A DNA stretch of 64,000 nt from positions 208,444,001-208,508,000 of the forward strand of contig OZ024742.1 of NCBI GenBank assembly GCA_964016885.1. Reading direction: 5' to 3'. Both the position numbers and the translations under genes were made by a program. Positions 27,315 to 39,252 of this stretch are shown in pieces. Source of the DNA: Eledone cirrhosa. Its lineage: Eukaryota. The stretch's first letter is position 1, and every line of letters begins with the position of its first letter. The notes under the pieces are model-generated. The model saw nothing but the letters and a program-made list of their open reading frames with translations. It did no database searches and had not been told where the DNA came from.

Positions 27315-27931
27315 AGATACCAGAGCTATAAACATAAGTTAAAAAGGTCATACAAAACTGAGACGATGGTTAAGAAGCCATTAACCACCTAAGCCAAAAA
27401 AGTGAACAAGCTAAACGTGTCAAACAAAATAAGATATGATTGAAATATTTACCCGGACTCTCGGGAAGATGGTATAATCTGATATAGGGTTTTTGCGACA
27501 CCTAAATCAATAATACTGTCTGTTTATAATAAATAATAAGCTTTTGGTATAATGATCGAACAAGGATATCACTTTCTCAACAGGCATTTTGTTCTGCGTG
27601 CGCCAGAGTCTCACAGCGTTTTAAAGCATATGTGAGGTTCTAAGGGGAGAAAATCTCTAGTTTTGGCCAATGAATTTAGCATGTGTAGTCATTGCAAAAA
27701 TTTACAAGAATAGCACAAAACGAATTAAGCTCTCGACCGAGTGGTTTTTAAATAAATTTAAGCGATTAATTAGTCAATAGAATAAACAAAAAAAAATCAA
27801 AAAATTTAACTGGTTAATCGCTAGACTTGGGAGATTAATACAAATATAAATTTAGCGAGAATTGCATTTCGGCGGGTAGAAATTAGCGAAACGCAACTTC
27901 CGAATTGTGTTGCCAATATGATATGAAGATA

Positions 27932-27978
<47 letters not shown>

Positions 27979-27981
<3 letters not shown>

Positions 27982-27996
27982 ATAATAATAATAATG

Positions 27997-28080
<84 letters not shown>

Positions 28081-28083
28081 TAA
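27979..28083. repeat. (AAT)n microsatellite at the 5' flank of Dong copy 1
   Basis: Directly visible. Confidence 0.95.
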
Positions 28084-31000
28084 TTTCGTTCTTAAGCCAC
28101 GCAATGCTCACATTAAGGAACCACTCATGATAATAACAATTTAAAAAAAACAACAAAAAGAAAACCCCGTGACCAAGAAATACCGGGATGGCGGCCGGCG
28201 AGGAATAGCCATGTCTCTAGGGGAGAACGACCCCTCTAGTCTTGGTTGACACTCGTTCTAGAAGTGGTAACACGAAAAGATTACCCCTTGGCGGATAAGG
28301 ATAAAACGCGACAAAATAAAGTAGATGTCTAATGATGAAATCTCATACCGGATCGGCCGTCACCCGGGTAAAAAAGGGCCGCGTCCCTCAGAGAGGAACC
28401 AGACTGGGGTCGAAAAATCAGCTAATGGTTCAAACCTTCCCATCACTTCGGAGCTGGAGACCTCCCATAACCGGAATACTCCTACTGTTGGCCCTCCAAG
28501 CTCACCACCAAGAAATCCAAAGAAAAAGAGAGAAAAATGGTCAAGGGAAGATAATAAAGAAGTCCTTGAGGCTTTCTACACTGCCATGTACTATCCATCA
28601 AATACATCGAATACAGAGCAAACATATATCAACTGGAAAAAGAAACATGCCGAAAACAGAGGCTATATTGACAGTAACAAACTAGCCAATATACGAAGAA
28701 ATATTGTAAGAAAAAAGTTACTAACTGATATAGAAATTGATCAGATCAAGCTAGTAGCACAAAGTCAGCGAAGGGAAAATGAAGCATGTGTCAGTGAAAA
28801 CGAGGTAAACTGTAACACTTCGAATCCCAGAGTTGGGGCGGAATCACTGGCAACAGAACAAATTAAAGAAAGGAGCGAAAAAGTGGAGGAAGTGCATGCT
28901 CAGGATGAAACTCCAAATGAAAATAATGAGATCGTAAATGATAAAGAAATGAATGAGAATGAACTTGCCAACTTGAAGGATGAAATTATGATCGAATGGA
29001 TGAAAATGAAAGAATCTGACATGGGGGAACGAGACACCCTCCTTAAGATCCAGAACTCCAAACAGAACCAAAAGATAATACACAAGACTAACATAATTCT
29101 CAAAAACATTATCATCACAAACAAACTAAGCATTACTGACTTAAATCATCTCTATTATGCATCGGCTAAAGTCACCACTCACTTATGTGGAGTGAAGATG
29201 AAAAAACAAAGGAATTCCCACAAGAAATCTACTTGGCAAGATAACATCAATCGCCAAATAAACCTTCTCCGATCTGACATAGAAATTTTAACAAACTATA
29301 AAGTAGGTGAACATGTTAAACAAACTAAACTTAGAAAATTGAAAAAAAAGTACAGTATAAGATCAACATGTGACATAGACATGCTGATAGAAACAATCAA
29401 GCAAAAAGTGTCGGCCAAAGCTGCTCGTATAAGGCGCTTTGAAAAACGATCTAGATTCTATAAGGACAATAATATGTTCAAAAACAACCAAAGAAACTTC
29501 TACAGAAAAATTGGTAAGTCAACAATAACTGCTAAATCAATACCACCCAAGGAGGAAGTGCAAGAATTCTGGGAAAAGATCTGGGCCGAAGAAAAAGTTC
29601 ATAACATACATGCCCCATGGATAGACAGACAAATGAAAGAAACAGCTCACCTTGAAGAACAAACATGGGAAAATATAACAGTTGAACAGCTGCGCTTGGC
29701 TCTAAGAAAAACCAGCAAATGGAAATCCCCAGGAAAAGACAAAATACAAAACTTTTGGATAAATGCCTTCACAGAGTCTCATGAGATGTTAGCCCAACTT
29801 TACAATGAAATAGTTAAGGAGCCAGAAAAGATACCATCATGGCTAGTTAACGGCATTACATTCCTGCTACCGAAGAATGATGAGACAAACAATCCCAAAA
29901 ATTACAGACCGATAACCTGCTTGACCACAATGTATAAAATTTTAACATCAGTCCTAACTGAATACACATATGACCACCTGATAACAAATGACCTATTTCC
30001 CATTGAGCAGAAAGGGTGTAAACGAGGCTCATATGGCTGTAAGGATCAGCTTCTGGTTAACAAAATGATACTGGAAGATTGTCATAATAGACACAAAAAT
30101 CTATCGATTGCTTGGATAGATTATAAAAAAGCATTTGATAGTTTGCCACACAGTTGGATTGAAAAATGTTTAGAGATTTTCAAAATATCCCCCGTTATCA
30201 GGAGATTTTTGTCATTCAGTATGAGGACATGGAGAACGACACTCCTTTTGAATAGTGAAACAAAATCACTGGAAGCTGGAGAAGTTAATATTAATTGTGG
30301 AATTTTTCAGGGTGACTCTTTATCACCGCTTTTATTCTGCATCGCACTTATACCATTAAGTAAAATGCTCAATGAAACAAAACATGGATATAGAGTCTAT
30401 GACAAAACCATTAATCACCTGTTCTACATGGATGACCTGAAACTATTTGCAAAAAATGATGAACAATTGCAAGGGCTATTATCCACTGTGAAGCAGTTCA
30501 GTGATGACATTAAAATGGAGTTTGGACTGGATAAATGCGCCAAAGCAACGTTCACCAGAGGAAAGCTGCTGAAGAGTTCAGACATTAATCTTGATCGGGG
30601 GAACGTGATAAGAGAGCTTGATCAAGAACAAACTTACAAATATCTAGGTGTTTGTGAAGGAGACGGAATCAAGCACTCGACAATGAGGGAAAGGATAAGG
30701 AAGGAATGTTACCGCAGAGTCAGAGCAATCTTAAGAACGGAATTGAATGCAAGGAATAGGATCGATGCCATAAACACGCTTGCCATACCAGTAGTAACCT
30801 ACAGTTACAATGTCATCAACTGGTCAAGCACAGAGATCCGTAGGCTCGATACAAAAATCGGAAAATTCTTAACCATGCACAGAATGCATCACCCTAAGGC
30901 AGACATAGATAGAATATATCTCCCTAGGAAAGAAGGAGGACGTGGGTTAATCCAGTTAGACATTGCGTTGAAAACTGCAACAATTGGATTATCCACATAT

Positions 31001-32116
31001 CTAAGGGAATCACATGATTGGATGATCAAACTCGTTTTGAAACACGAAAGCACCAAAAGATCATATTCCATTACAAAAGATGCACAAAGATACAGTAATG
31101 GACTACAAATTTCAGAAGTCCCATTTACTGCTGAAATGGAAAACACAGAAAAAGCAAAGCAGGTAAAAGTAACTGCAAAGAAAGAACTGCTACAGAAACT
31201 GGCTAAGAAATGGCAAGAAAAGCCTCTGTATGGAAAATACCCAGAGCGAGCTAACAATCCTGATGTTGACAAAACTTTAACCCATCAGTGGTTGGCATCC
31301 TCTGGACTGAAATCGGAGACTGAAGGACTGATTATATCCGCACAAGATCAGTGTCTGCCAACAAAAAATTACCAAGCCAACATAATAAAAAATGGGTGCA
31401 GCCCATTATGCCGTGTATGCAAAAAACAACCAGAGACCATTGACCATATAATTTCAATGTGCAGTCCTATAGCTCCAACCGAATACCTAAACAGGCATGA
31501 CAGAGCTGCACAATACATACATTGGATAATGTGCAAGCATTTTGACCTGCCCCATCAAAAGAATTGGTGGGAGCATCAACCACCTCCCATACTTGAAAAA
31601 GATCACATCTCAATCTTGTGGAACTTTAGCATCCAAACAGACCGAAAAATAGATGCAAATAGACCTGATATAATATTGAAGGACTTTCAAAGGAGGGTAT
31701 GCCTGCTAATTGATATGTCTGTTCCAATAGACAAGAATGTATCTATAAAAACATTTGAAAAATTGAGCAAGTATAAGGACCTGGAGATAGAAATTGGAAA
31801 AATGTGGAAATTGAGAACTAAAACAATACCAGTGGTTGTAGGCGCTCTGGGAATGATACCTAAGGAGTCTAACGACTACTTATCGCAAATCCCAGGAAAC
31901 CCGCGTATAGGAGAAATACAAAAGATAGTACTAATGTGAACTTCCCATATACTAAGGAAGATCCTGTCAATATAAGTACATCACAAGTCTAAACACTAAG
32001 GATGCATGTGTGAATATGTGTGTTCTTTCTTGAACATGGCGGACCTTGTTGTCTCTTGAGGTCACTGGTTGTGACTTGGTGATAACTCGTATAAACATAA
32101 AGCAAGATAAATGCAA
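28084..32116 (+). mobile_element. R4/Dong-clade non-LTR retrotransposon, copy 1 (full length) in (AAT)n
   Basis: Single long ORF with RT and C-terminal CCHC + REL; (AAT)n on both sides; 5' and 3' UTRs shared with copy 3. Confidence 0.93.
28325..31939 (+). CDS. RT + restriction-like endonuclease polyprotein (1204 aa; TGA 12 codons before the family stop at 31973-31975)
   Basis: KSPGKD, NYRPITCL, WIDYKKAFDS, GIFQGDSLSP, YMDD, YKYLG, GGRGL, CRVC..ETIDHIISMC, RHD, RPDIILKD..LIDMSVP..KLSKY, PVVVGALG. Confidence 0.92.
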   Translation: MSNDEISYRIGRHPGKKGPRPSERNQTGVEKSANGSNLPITSELETSHNRNTPTVGPPSSPPRNPKKKREKWSREDNKEVLEAFYTAMYYPSNTSNTEQTYINWKKKHAENRGYIDSNKLANIRRNIVRKKLLTDIEIDQIKLVAQSQRRENEACVSENEVNCNTSNPRVGAESLATEQIKERSEKVEEVHAQDETPNENNEIVNDKEMNENELANLKDEIMIEWMKMKESDMGERDTLLKIQNSKQNQKIIHKTNIILKNIIITNKLSITDLNHLYYASAKVTTHLCGVKMKKQRNSHKKSTWQDNINRQINLLRSDIEILTNYKVGEHVKQTKLRKLKKKYSIRSTCDIDMLIETIKQKVSAKAARIRRFEKRSRFYKDNNMFKNNQRNFYRKIGKSTITAKSIPPKEEVQEFWEKIWAEEKVHNIHAPWIDRQMKETAHLEEQTWENITVEQLRLALRKTSKWKSPGKDKIQNFWINAFTESHEMLAQLYNEIVKEPEKIPSWLVNGITFLLPKNDETNNPKNYRPITCLTTMYKILTSVLTEYTYDHLITNDLFPIEQKGCKRGSYGCKDQLLVNKMILEDCHNRHKNLSIAWIDYKKAFDSLPHSWIEKCLEIFKISPVIRRFLSFSMRTWRTTLLLNSETKSLEAGEVNINCGIFQGDSLSPLLFCIALIPLSKMLNETKHGYRVYDKTINHLFYMDDLKLFAKNDEQLQGLLSTVKQFSDDIKMEFGLDKCAKATFTRGKLLKSSDINLDRGNVIRELDQEQTYKYLGVCEGDGIKHSTMRERIRKECYRRVRAILRTELNARNRIDAINTLAIPVVTYSYNVINWSSTEIRRLDTKIGKFLTMHRMHHPKADIDRIYLPRKEGGRGLIQLDIALKTATIGLSTYLRESHDWMIKLVLKHESTKRSYSITKDAQRYSNGLQISEVPFTAEMENTEKAKQVKVTAKKELLQKLAKKWQEKPLYGKYPERANNPDVDKTLTHQWLASSGLKSETEGLIISAQDQCLPTKNYQANIIKNGCSPLCRVCKKQPETIDHIISMCSPIAPTEYLNRHDRAAQYIHWIMCKHFDLPHQKNWWEHQPPPILEKDHISILWNFSIQTDRKIDANRPDIILKDFQRRVCLLIDMSVPIDKNVSIKTFEKLSKYKDLEIEIGKMWKLRTKTIPVVVGALGMIPKESNDYLSQIPGNPRIGEIQKIVLM

Positions 32117-32127
32117 ATAATAATAAT

Positions 32128-34133
32128 AATAACAAATTATCTATTTCCAAATGAGCAGAAAGGGTATAAACGATGCTCATATGGCTGTAAGAATCAGCTT
32201 TTGGTTAACAAAATGATACTGGAAGATTGTCATAATAGACACAAAAATCTATCAATTGCTTGGATAGATTATAAAAAAGCATTCGATAGTTTGCCACACA
32301 GTTGGATTGAAAAATGTTTAGAGATTTTCAAAATATCTCCCGTTGTCAGGATGTTCCTGTCATTCAGTATGAAGACATGGAAAACGACACACCTTTTTAA
32401 TAGTGAAAAAAAAATTACTGGAAGCTGGAGAAGTTAATATTAATTGTCGAATTTTTCAGGGTGACTCTTTATCACTGCTTTTATTCTGCATCGCACTTAT
32501 TCCATTAAGTAAAATACTCAATGAAACAAAACATGGATATAAAGTCTATGACAAAATCATTAATCACTTGTTCTACATGGATGACATGAAAATATTTGCA
32601 AAAAATTATGAACAATTGCAAGGGCTATTATCCACTGTGGAGCAGTTCAGTGATGACATAAAAATGGAGTTTGGACTAGATAAATGCGCCAAAGCAACGT
32701 TCACCAGAGGAAAGCTGCTGAAGAGTTCAGGCATTTATCTTGATCGGGGGAATGTGATGAGAGAACTTGATCAAGAGGAAACTTACAACTGTCTAGGTAT
32801 TTGTGAAGGAGACGGAATCAAGCACTCGACAATGTGAGACAGGACAAGGAAGGAATGTTACCGCAGAGTAAGAGCAATCTTAAGAACGGAATTGAATGCA
32901 AGGAATAGGATCGATGCCATAAACACGCTTGCCATACCAGCAGTAACCTACAGTTACAATGTTATCAACTGGTCAAGCACAGAGATCCGTAGGCTGGATA
33001 CAAAAATTAGAAACTTCTTAACCAGGCACAGAATGCATCACCCTAAGGCAGATACAGATATAATATATCTCCATAGGAAAAAATCCAGTTAGATATTGCG
33101 TTGAAAAATGCAACAATTGGATTATCTACATATCTAAGGGAATCACATGATTGGATGATCAAATTCGTTTTGAAACACGAAAGCATCAAAAGATCATACT
33201 CCATTACAACAGATGTACAAAGATACAGTAATGGACTACAAATTTCAGAAGTCGTATTTACTGCTGAAATGGAAAACACAGAAAAGCAAAGCAGGTAAAA
33301 ATAACTGCAAAGAAAGAACTGCTACAGAAACTGGCTAAGAAATGGCAAGAAAAGCCTCTGTATGGAAAATACCCAGAAAGAACTAACAATCCTGATGTTG
33401 ACAAACCTTTAACCGATCAGTGGTTGGCATCCTCTGGTCTGAAATCGGAGACTGAAGGACTGATTATATCAGCACAAGATCAGTGTCTGCCAACAAAAAA
33501 TTACCAAGCCAATATAATAAAAAATGGTTTCACACTACATACATTGTATAATGTGTAAACATTTTGACCTGCCCCATCAACAGAATTGGTGGGAGCATCA
33601 ACCACCTCCCATATTTGAAAAAGGTCACATCTCAATCTTGTGGAACTTTAGCATACAAACACATCCGAAAAATAGATGCAAATAGACCTGATATAATACT
33701 GAAGGACTTTAAAAAGAGGGTATGCCTGCTAATTCATATGTCCGTTCCAATAGACAAGAATGTATCTATAAAGACATTTGAAAAATTGAGCAAGTATAAG
33801 GACCTGGAGATAGAAATTGGAAAAATGTGGAAATTGAGAACTAAAACAATACCAGTGGTTGTAGGCGCTCTAGGAATGATACCTAAGGGGTCTAATGATT
33901 ACTTATCGCATATCCCAGGAAACCCGCGTATAGGAGAAATACAAAAGATAGTACTAATGGGAACTGCCCATATACTAAGGAAGATTCTGCCAATATAAGC
34001 ACATGACACCTAAATATGCATGTGTGTGTATGTATGTTCTTTCTTGAATATGGCGGACCTTGTTGTCTCTTGAGGTCACCGGTTGTGACTTGGTGATAAC
34101 TCGTATGAACATAAAGCAAGATAAATGCAACTA
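32128..34133 (+). mobile_element. Dong copy 2, 5'-truncated and degenerate (zinc knuckle deleted)
   Basis: Begins at the equivalent of 29981; ORF fragments 32111-33998 match copy 1; same 3' UTR ending aaatgcaacta(taa)n. Confidence 0.92.
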
Positions 34134-34140
34134 TAATAAT

Positions 34141-34241
34141 TGTTTCTGCTTTAGGCACAAGGCCATCAATTACCCAGTACAATACTGGTACTTTATTTTA
34201 TCGCCGCCGTAAGGATGAAAGGCAAAGTTAACCTGCAAAGT
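34141..34241 (-). mobile_element. SINE family A, 5'-truncated, inserted in the Dong copy 2 tail
   Basis: 19 bp TSD taaatgcaactataataat at 34122-34140 and 34242-34260. Confidence 0.88.
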
Positions 34242-34251
34242 TAAATGCAAC

Positions 34252-34295
<44 letters not shown>

Positions 34296-35189
34296 GGTAA
34301 GACGCACGTGGTGGTAGAAGGTCATGAAATCGCTCCCGTAAGTTTTTGATTTTTAACATATTTAAATCAATTGTGAAATAACAATTCTTAGTACAAATGA
34401 TGCATAAACCACCGAATCAAGTCTCATAAAATTTCGGATCCATATTATATTGTTATATCACTCAATTATTCAATTTTGTATTATATATTTTGTATTCAAA
34501 AAAGCAAAATGGTTACAAATGGAAGAAAATGCCGTCTGTCTACACTATATAGAACAGCCAAATAACAGCAATTTCACCAACACCAGAAACTTGATACACC
34601 ACCTACCCCATCACACTAAATATAACAGCCAGATAACGGCAATTTCATCACCATCACCACCAATCCCAGCATCATAATAATAATTACTATTATTATTGTC
34701 TCAAGTTTTAACAAAATGTTTAATTCCAATTTTACGGAAATATGTCAACACAATATATATTAAACATACGCGACACAAACTCATAGACACTACATATCAC
34801 AAAACTCAGTAACGACAACGCCACCGCCGCCACCACTCCATCCATCATTGCTACCACTATCCCATCATCGCCGCCACCACTCCTTCATTGCTACCACCAC
34901 TATTCCCCTGTTAACTTAAGAAAGGGGAAGGTGGCGGCATCACAAGACAAGGGAGAGGCTAGCAAAAGATATAAATAGATTGACTTAGTGACCTGGCCAC
35001 CGGCCAAACGTCAACAACTATGGCACTGCTGGCTCCCCCCTTCCTCACCAACAATATAAAAAGTCCCAGCACCACCACCGACATAGCCAACAACAATAAC
35101 AGGCAACTTCAGCAAAAAGTATATTATATTATTGTAAAGCACTGGGTGATTGCTGGCCTTGTGTCTGGAGTGGAGACAATTATTAATAA

Positions 35190-38100
35190 TTTCATTCTTA
35201 AGCCACGCAATGCTCACATTAAGGAACCACTCATGATAATAACAATTTGAAAAAAACAATAAAAAGAAAACCCCGTGACCAAGAAATACCGGGATGGCGC
35301 CCGGCGGGGAATAGCCGTTTCTCTAGGGGAGAACGACCCCTCTAGTCTTGGTTGACACTCGTTCTAGAAGTGGTAACACGAAATGATTACCCCTTGGCGG
35401 ATAAGGATAAAACGCGACAAAATAAAGTAAATGTCTATTGATAAGATCTCATACCGGATCGGCCGTCACCCGGGTAAAAAAGGGCCGCGTCACTCAGAGA
35501 GGAACCAGACTGGGGTCGAAAAATCAGCTAATGGTTCAAACCTTCCCATCACTTCGGGGCTGGAGACCTCCTATAACCGGAATACTCCTACTGTTGGCCC
35601 TCCATGCTCACGACCAAGAAATCCAAAGAAAAAGAGAGAAAAATGGTCAAGGGAAGATAATAAAGAAGTCCTTGAGGCTTTCTACACTGCCATGTACTAC
35701 CCATCAAATACATCGAATACAGAACAGACATATATCAACTGGAAAAAGAAACATCCCGAAAACAGAGGCTATATTGACAATAACAAACTAGCCAATATAC
35801 GAAGAAATATTGTAAGAAAAAAGTTACTAACTGATATAGAAATTGATCAGATCAAGCTATTAGCACAAAGTCAGCGAAGGGAAAATGAAACATGTATCAG
35901 TGAAAACGAGGTAAATTGTAACACTTCGAATCCCAGGGTTGGGGCAGAATCACTGGCAACAGAACAAATTAAAGAAAGGATCGAAAAAGTGGAGGGAGTG
36001 CATGCTCAAGATGAAACTCCAAATAAAAATAATGAGATCGTAAATGATAAAGAAATGAATGAGAATGAACTTGCCAACCTGAAGGATGAAATTATGATCG
36101 AATGGATGAAAATGAAAGAATCTGACATGGGGCAACGAGACACCCTCCCTAAGATCCAGAACTCCAAACAGAACCAAAAGATAATACACAAGACTAACTT
36201 AATTCTCAAAAACATTATCATCACAAACAAACTAAACATTACTGATTTAAATCATCTCTATTATGCATCGGCTAAAGTCACCACTCACTTATGTGGAGTG
36301 AAGATGAAAAAACAAAGGAATTCCCACAAGAAATCTACTTGGCAAGAGAACATCAATCGCCAAATAAATCTTCTCCGATCTGACATAGAAATTTTAACAA
36401 ACTATAAAGCAGGTGAACATGTTAAACAAACTAAACTTAGAAAATTGAAAAGAAAGTATAGTATAAAATCAACAAGTGACATAGACATGCTGATAGAAAT
36501 AATCAAGCAAAAAGTGTCGGCCAAAGCTGCTCGTATAAGGCGCTTTGAAAAACGATCTAGATTCTATAAGGACAATAATATGTTCAAAAGACAACCAAAG
36601 AAACTTCTACAGAAAAATTGGTAAGTCAACAATAACTGCTAAATCAATACCACCCAAGGAGGAAGTGCAAGAATTCTGGGAAAAGATCTGGGCCGAAGAA
36701 AAAGTTCATAACATACATGCCCCATGGATAGACAGACAAATGAAAGATACAGCTCACCTTGAGGAACAAATATGGGAAAACATAACAGTTGAACAGTTGC
36801 GCTTGGCTCTAAGAAAAACCAGGAAATGGAAATCCAAATGAAAATACAAAATACAAAATTTTTGGATAAATGACTTCACAGAGTCTCATGAGCTGTTAGC
36901 CCAACTTTACAATGAAATAGTTAAGGAGCCAGAAAAGATACCATCATGGCTAGTTAACGGCATTACATTCCTGCTTCCGAAGAATGATGAGACAAACAAT
37001 CCCAAAAATTACAGACCGATAACTTGCTTGACCACAATGTATAACATTTTAGCATCAGTCCTAACTGAATACACATATGACCACCTGATAACAAATGACC
37101 TATTTCCCATTGAGCAGAAAGGGTGTAAACGAGGCTCATATGGCTGTAAGGATCAGCTTTTGGTTGACAAAATGATACTGGAAGATTGTCATAATAGACA
37201 CAAAAATCTATCAATTGCTTGGATAGATTATAAAAAAGCATTCGATAGTTTGCCACACAGTTGGATTGAAAAATGTTTAGAGATTTTCAAAATATCTCCC
37301 GTTGTCAGGAGGTTTTTGTCATTCAGTATGAAGAAATGGAAAACGACACTCCTTTTGAATAGTGAAACAGAATCACTGGAAGCTGGAGAAGTTAATATTA
37401 ATTGTTAAATTTTTCAGGGTGACTCTTTATCAACGCTTTTATTCTGCATCGTACTTATACCATTAAGTAAAATGCTCAATGAAACAAAACATGGATATAG
37501 AGTCTATGACAAAATCATTAATCACTTGTTCTACATGGATGACATGAAAATATTTGCAAAAAATGATGAACAATTGCAAGGGCTATTATCCACTGTGGAG
37601 CAGTTCAGTGATGACATTAAAATGGAGTTTGGACTAGATAAATGCGCCAAAGCAACGTTCACCAGAGGAAAGCTGCTGAAGAGTTCAGACATTAATTTTG
37701 ATCGGGGGAACGTGATAAGAGAACTTGATCAAGAAAAAACTTACAAATATCTAGGTGTTTGTGAAGGAGACGGAATCAAGCACTCGACAATGAGGGAAAG
37801 GATAAGGAAAGAATGTTACCGCAGAGTAAGAGCAATCTTAAGAACGGAATTGAAGGCAAGGAATAGGATCGATGCCATAAACACGCTTGCCATACCAGTA
37901 GTAACCAACAGTTACAATGTCATCAACTGGTCAAGCACAGAGATCCGTAGGCTCGATACAAACATTCGAACATTCTTAACCATGTACAGAATGCATCACC
38001 CTAAGGCAGATATAGATAGAATATATCTCCCTAGGAAAGAAGGAGGACGTGGGTTAGTCAAGTTAGAAATTGCGTTGAAAACTGCAACAATTGGATTATC

Positions 38101-39184
38101 TATATATCTAAGGGAATCACATGATTGGATGATCAAACTCGTTTTGAAACACGAAAGCATCAAAAGATCATATTCCATTAGAAAAGATGCACAAAGATAC
38201 AGTAATGGACTACAAATTTCAGAAGTCCCATTTACTGCTGAAATGGAAAACAAAGAAAAAGCAAAGCAGTAAAAGTAACTGCAAAGAAAGAACTGCTACA
38301 GAAACTGGCTCAGAAATGGCAAGAAAAGCCTCTGTATGGAAAATACCCAGAACGAGCTAACAATCCTGATGTTGACAAAACTTTAACCCATCAGTGGTTG
38401 GCATCCTCTGGACTGAAATCGGAGACTGAAGGACTGATTATATCAGCACAAGATCAGTGTCTGCCAACAAAAAATTACTAAGCCAACATAATAAAAAATG
38501 GATGCAGCCCATTATGCCGTGTGTGCAGAAAACAACCAGAGACCATTGACCATATAATTTCAATGTGCAGTCCTATAGCTCCAACCGAATACTTAAACAG
38601 GCATGACAGAGCTGCACAATACATACATTGGATAATCTGTAAGCATTTTGACCTGCCCCATCAAAAGAATTGGTGGGAGCATCAACCACCTCCCATACTT
38701 GAAAAAGATCACATCTCAATCTTGTGGAAGTTTAGCATCCAAACAGACCAAAAAATAGATGCAAATAGACCTGATATAATATTGAAGGACTTTCAAAAGA
38801 GTGTATGCCTCCTAATTCATATGTCCGTTCCAATAGACAAGAATGTATCTATAAAAACAGGACCTGGAGATAAAATTGGAAAAATGTGGAAATTGAGAAC
38901 TAAAACGATACCAGTGGTTGTGATACCTAAGGGGTCTAATGATTACTTATCGCAAATCCCAGGAAACCCGCGTATTGGAGAAATACAAAAGATAGTACTA
39001 ATGGGAACTGCCCATATACTAAGGAAGATTCTGTCAATATAAGTACATCACAAGTCTAAACACTAAAGATGCATGTGTCAGTATGTATGTTCTTTCTTGA
39101 ACATGGCGGACCTTGTTGTCTCTTGAGGTCACTGTTTGTGACTTGGTGATAACTCGTATGAACATAAAGCAAGATAAATGCAAC

Positions 39185-39186
<2 letters not shown>
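35190..39186 (+). mobile_element. Dong copy 3, full length but with frameshifts and stops
   Basis: ORF pieces 35431-36624, 36545-36841, 37028-37408, 37472-38272 and 38521-39042 are collinear with copy 1; preceded by a SINE A tail (35136-35185); followed by (AAT)n. Confidence 0.93.

Positions 39187-39250
<64 letters not shown>

Positions 39251-39252
<2 letters not shown>

Noticed and set aside
31937-31939. Programmed readthrough or Sec at the Dong TGA
   Set aside because: Sister copies have GGA, so a simple point mutation or sequencing error suffices.
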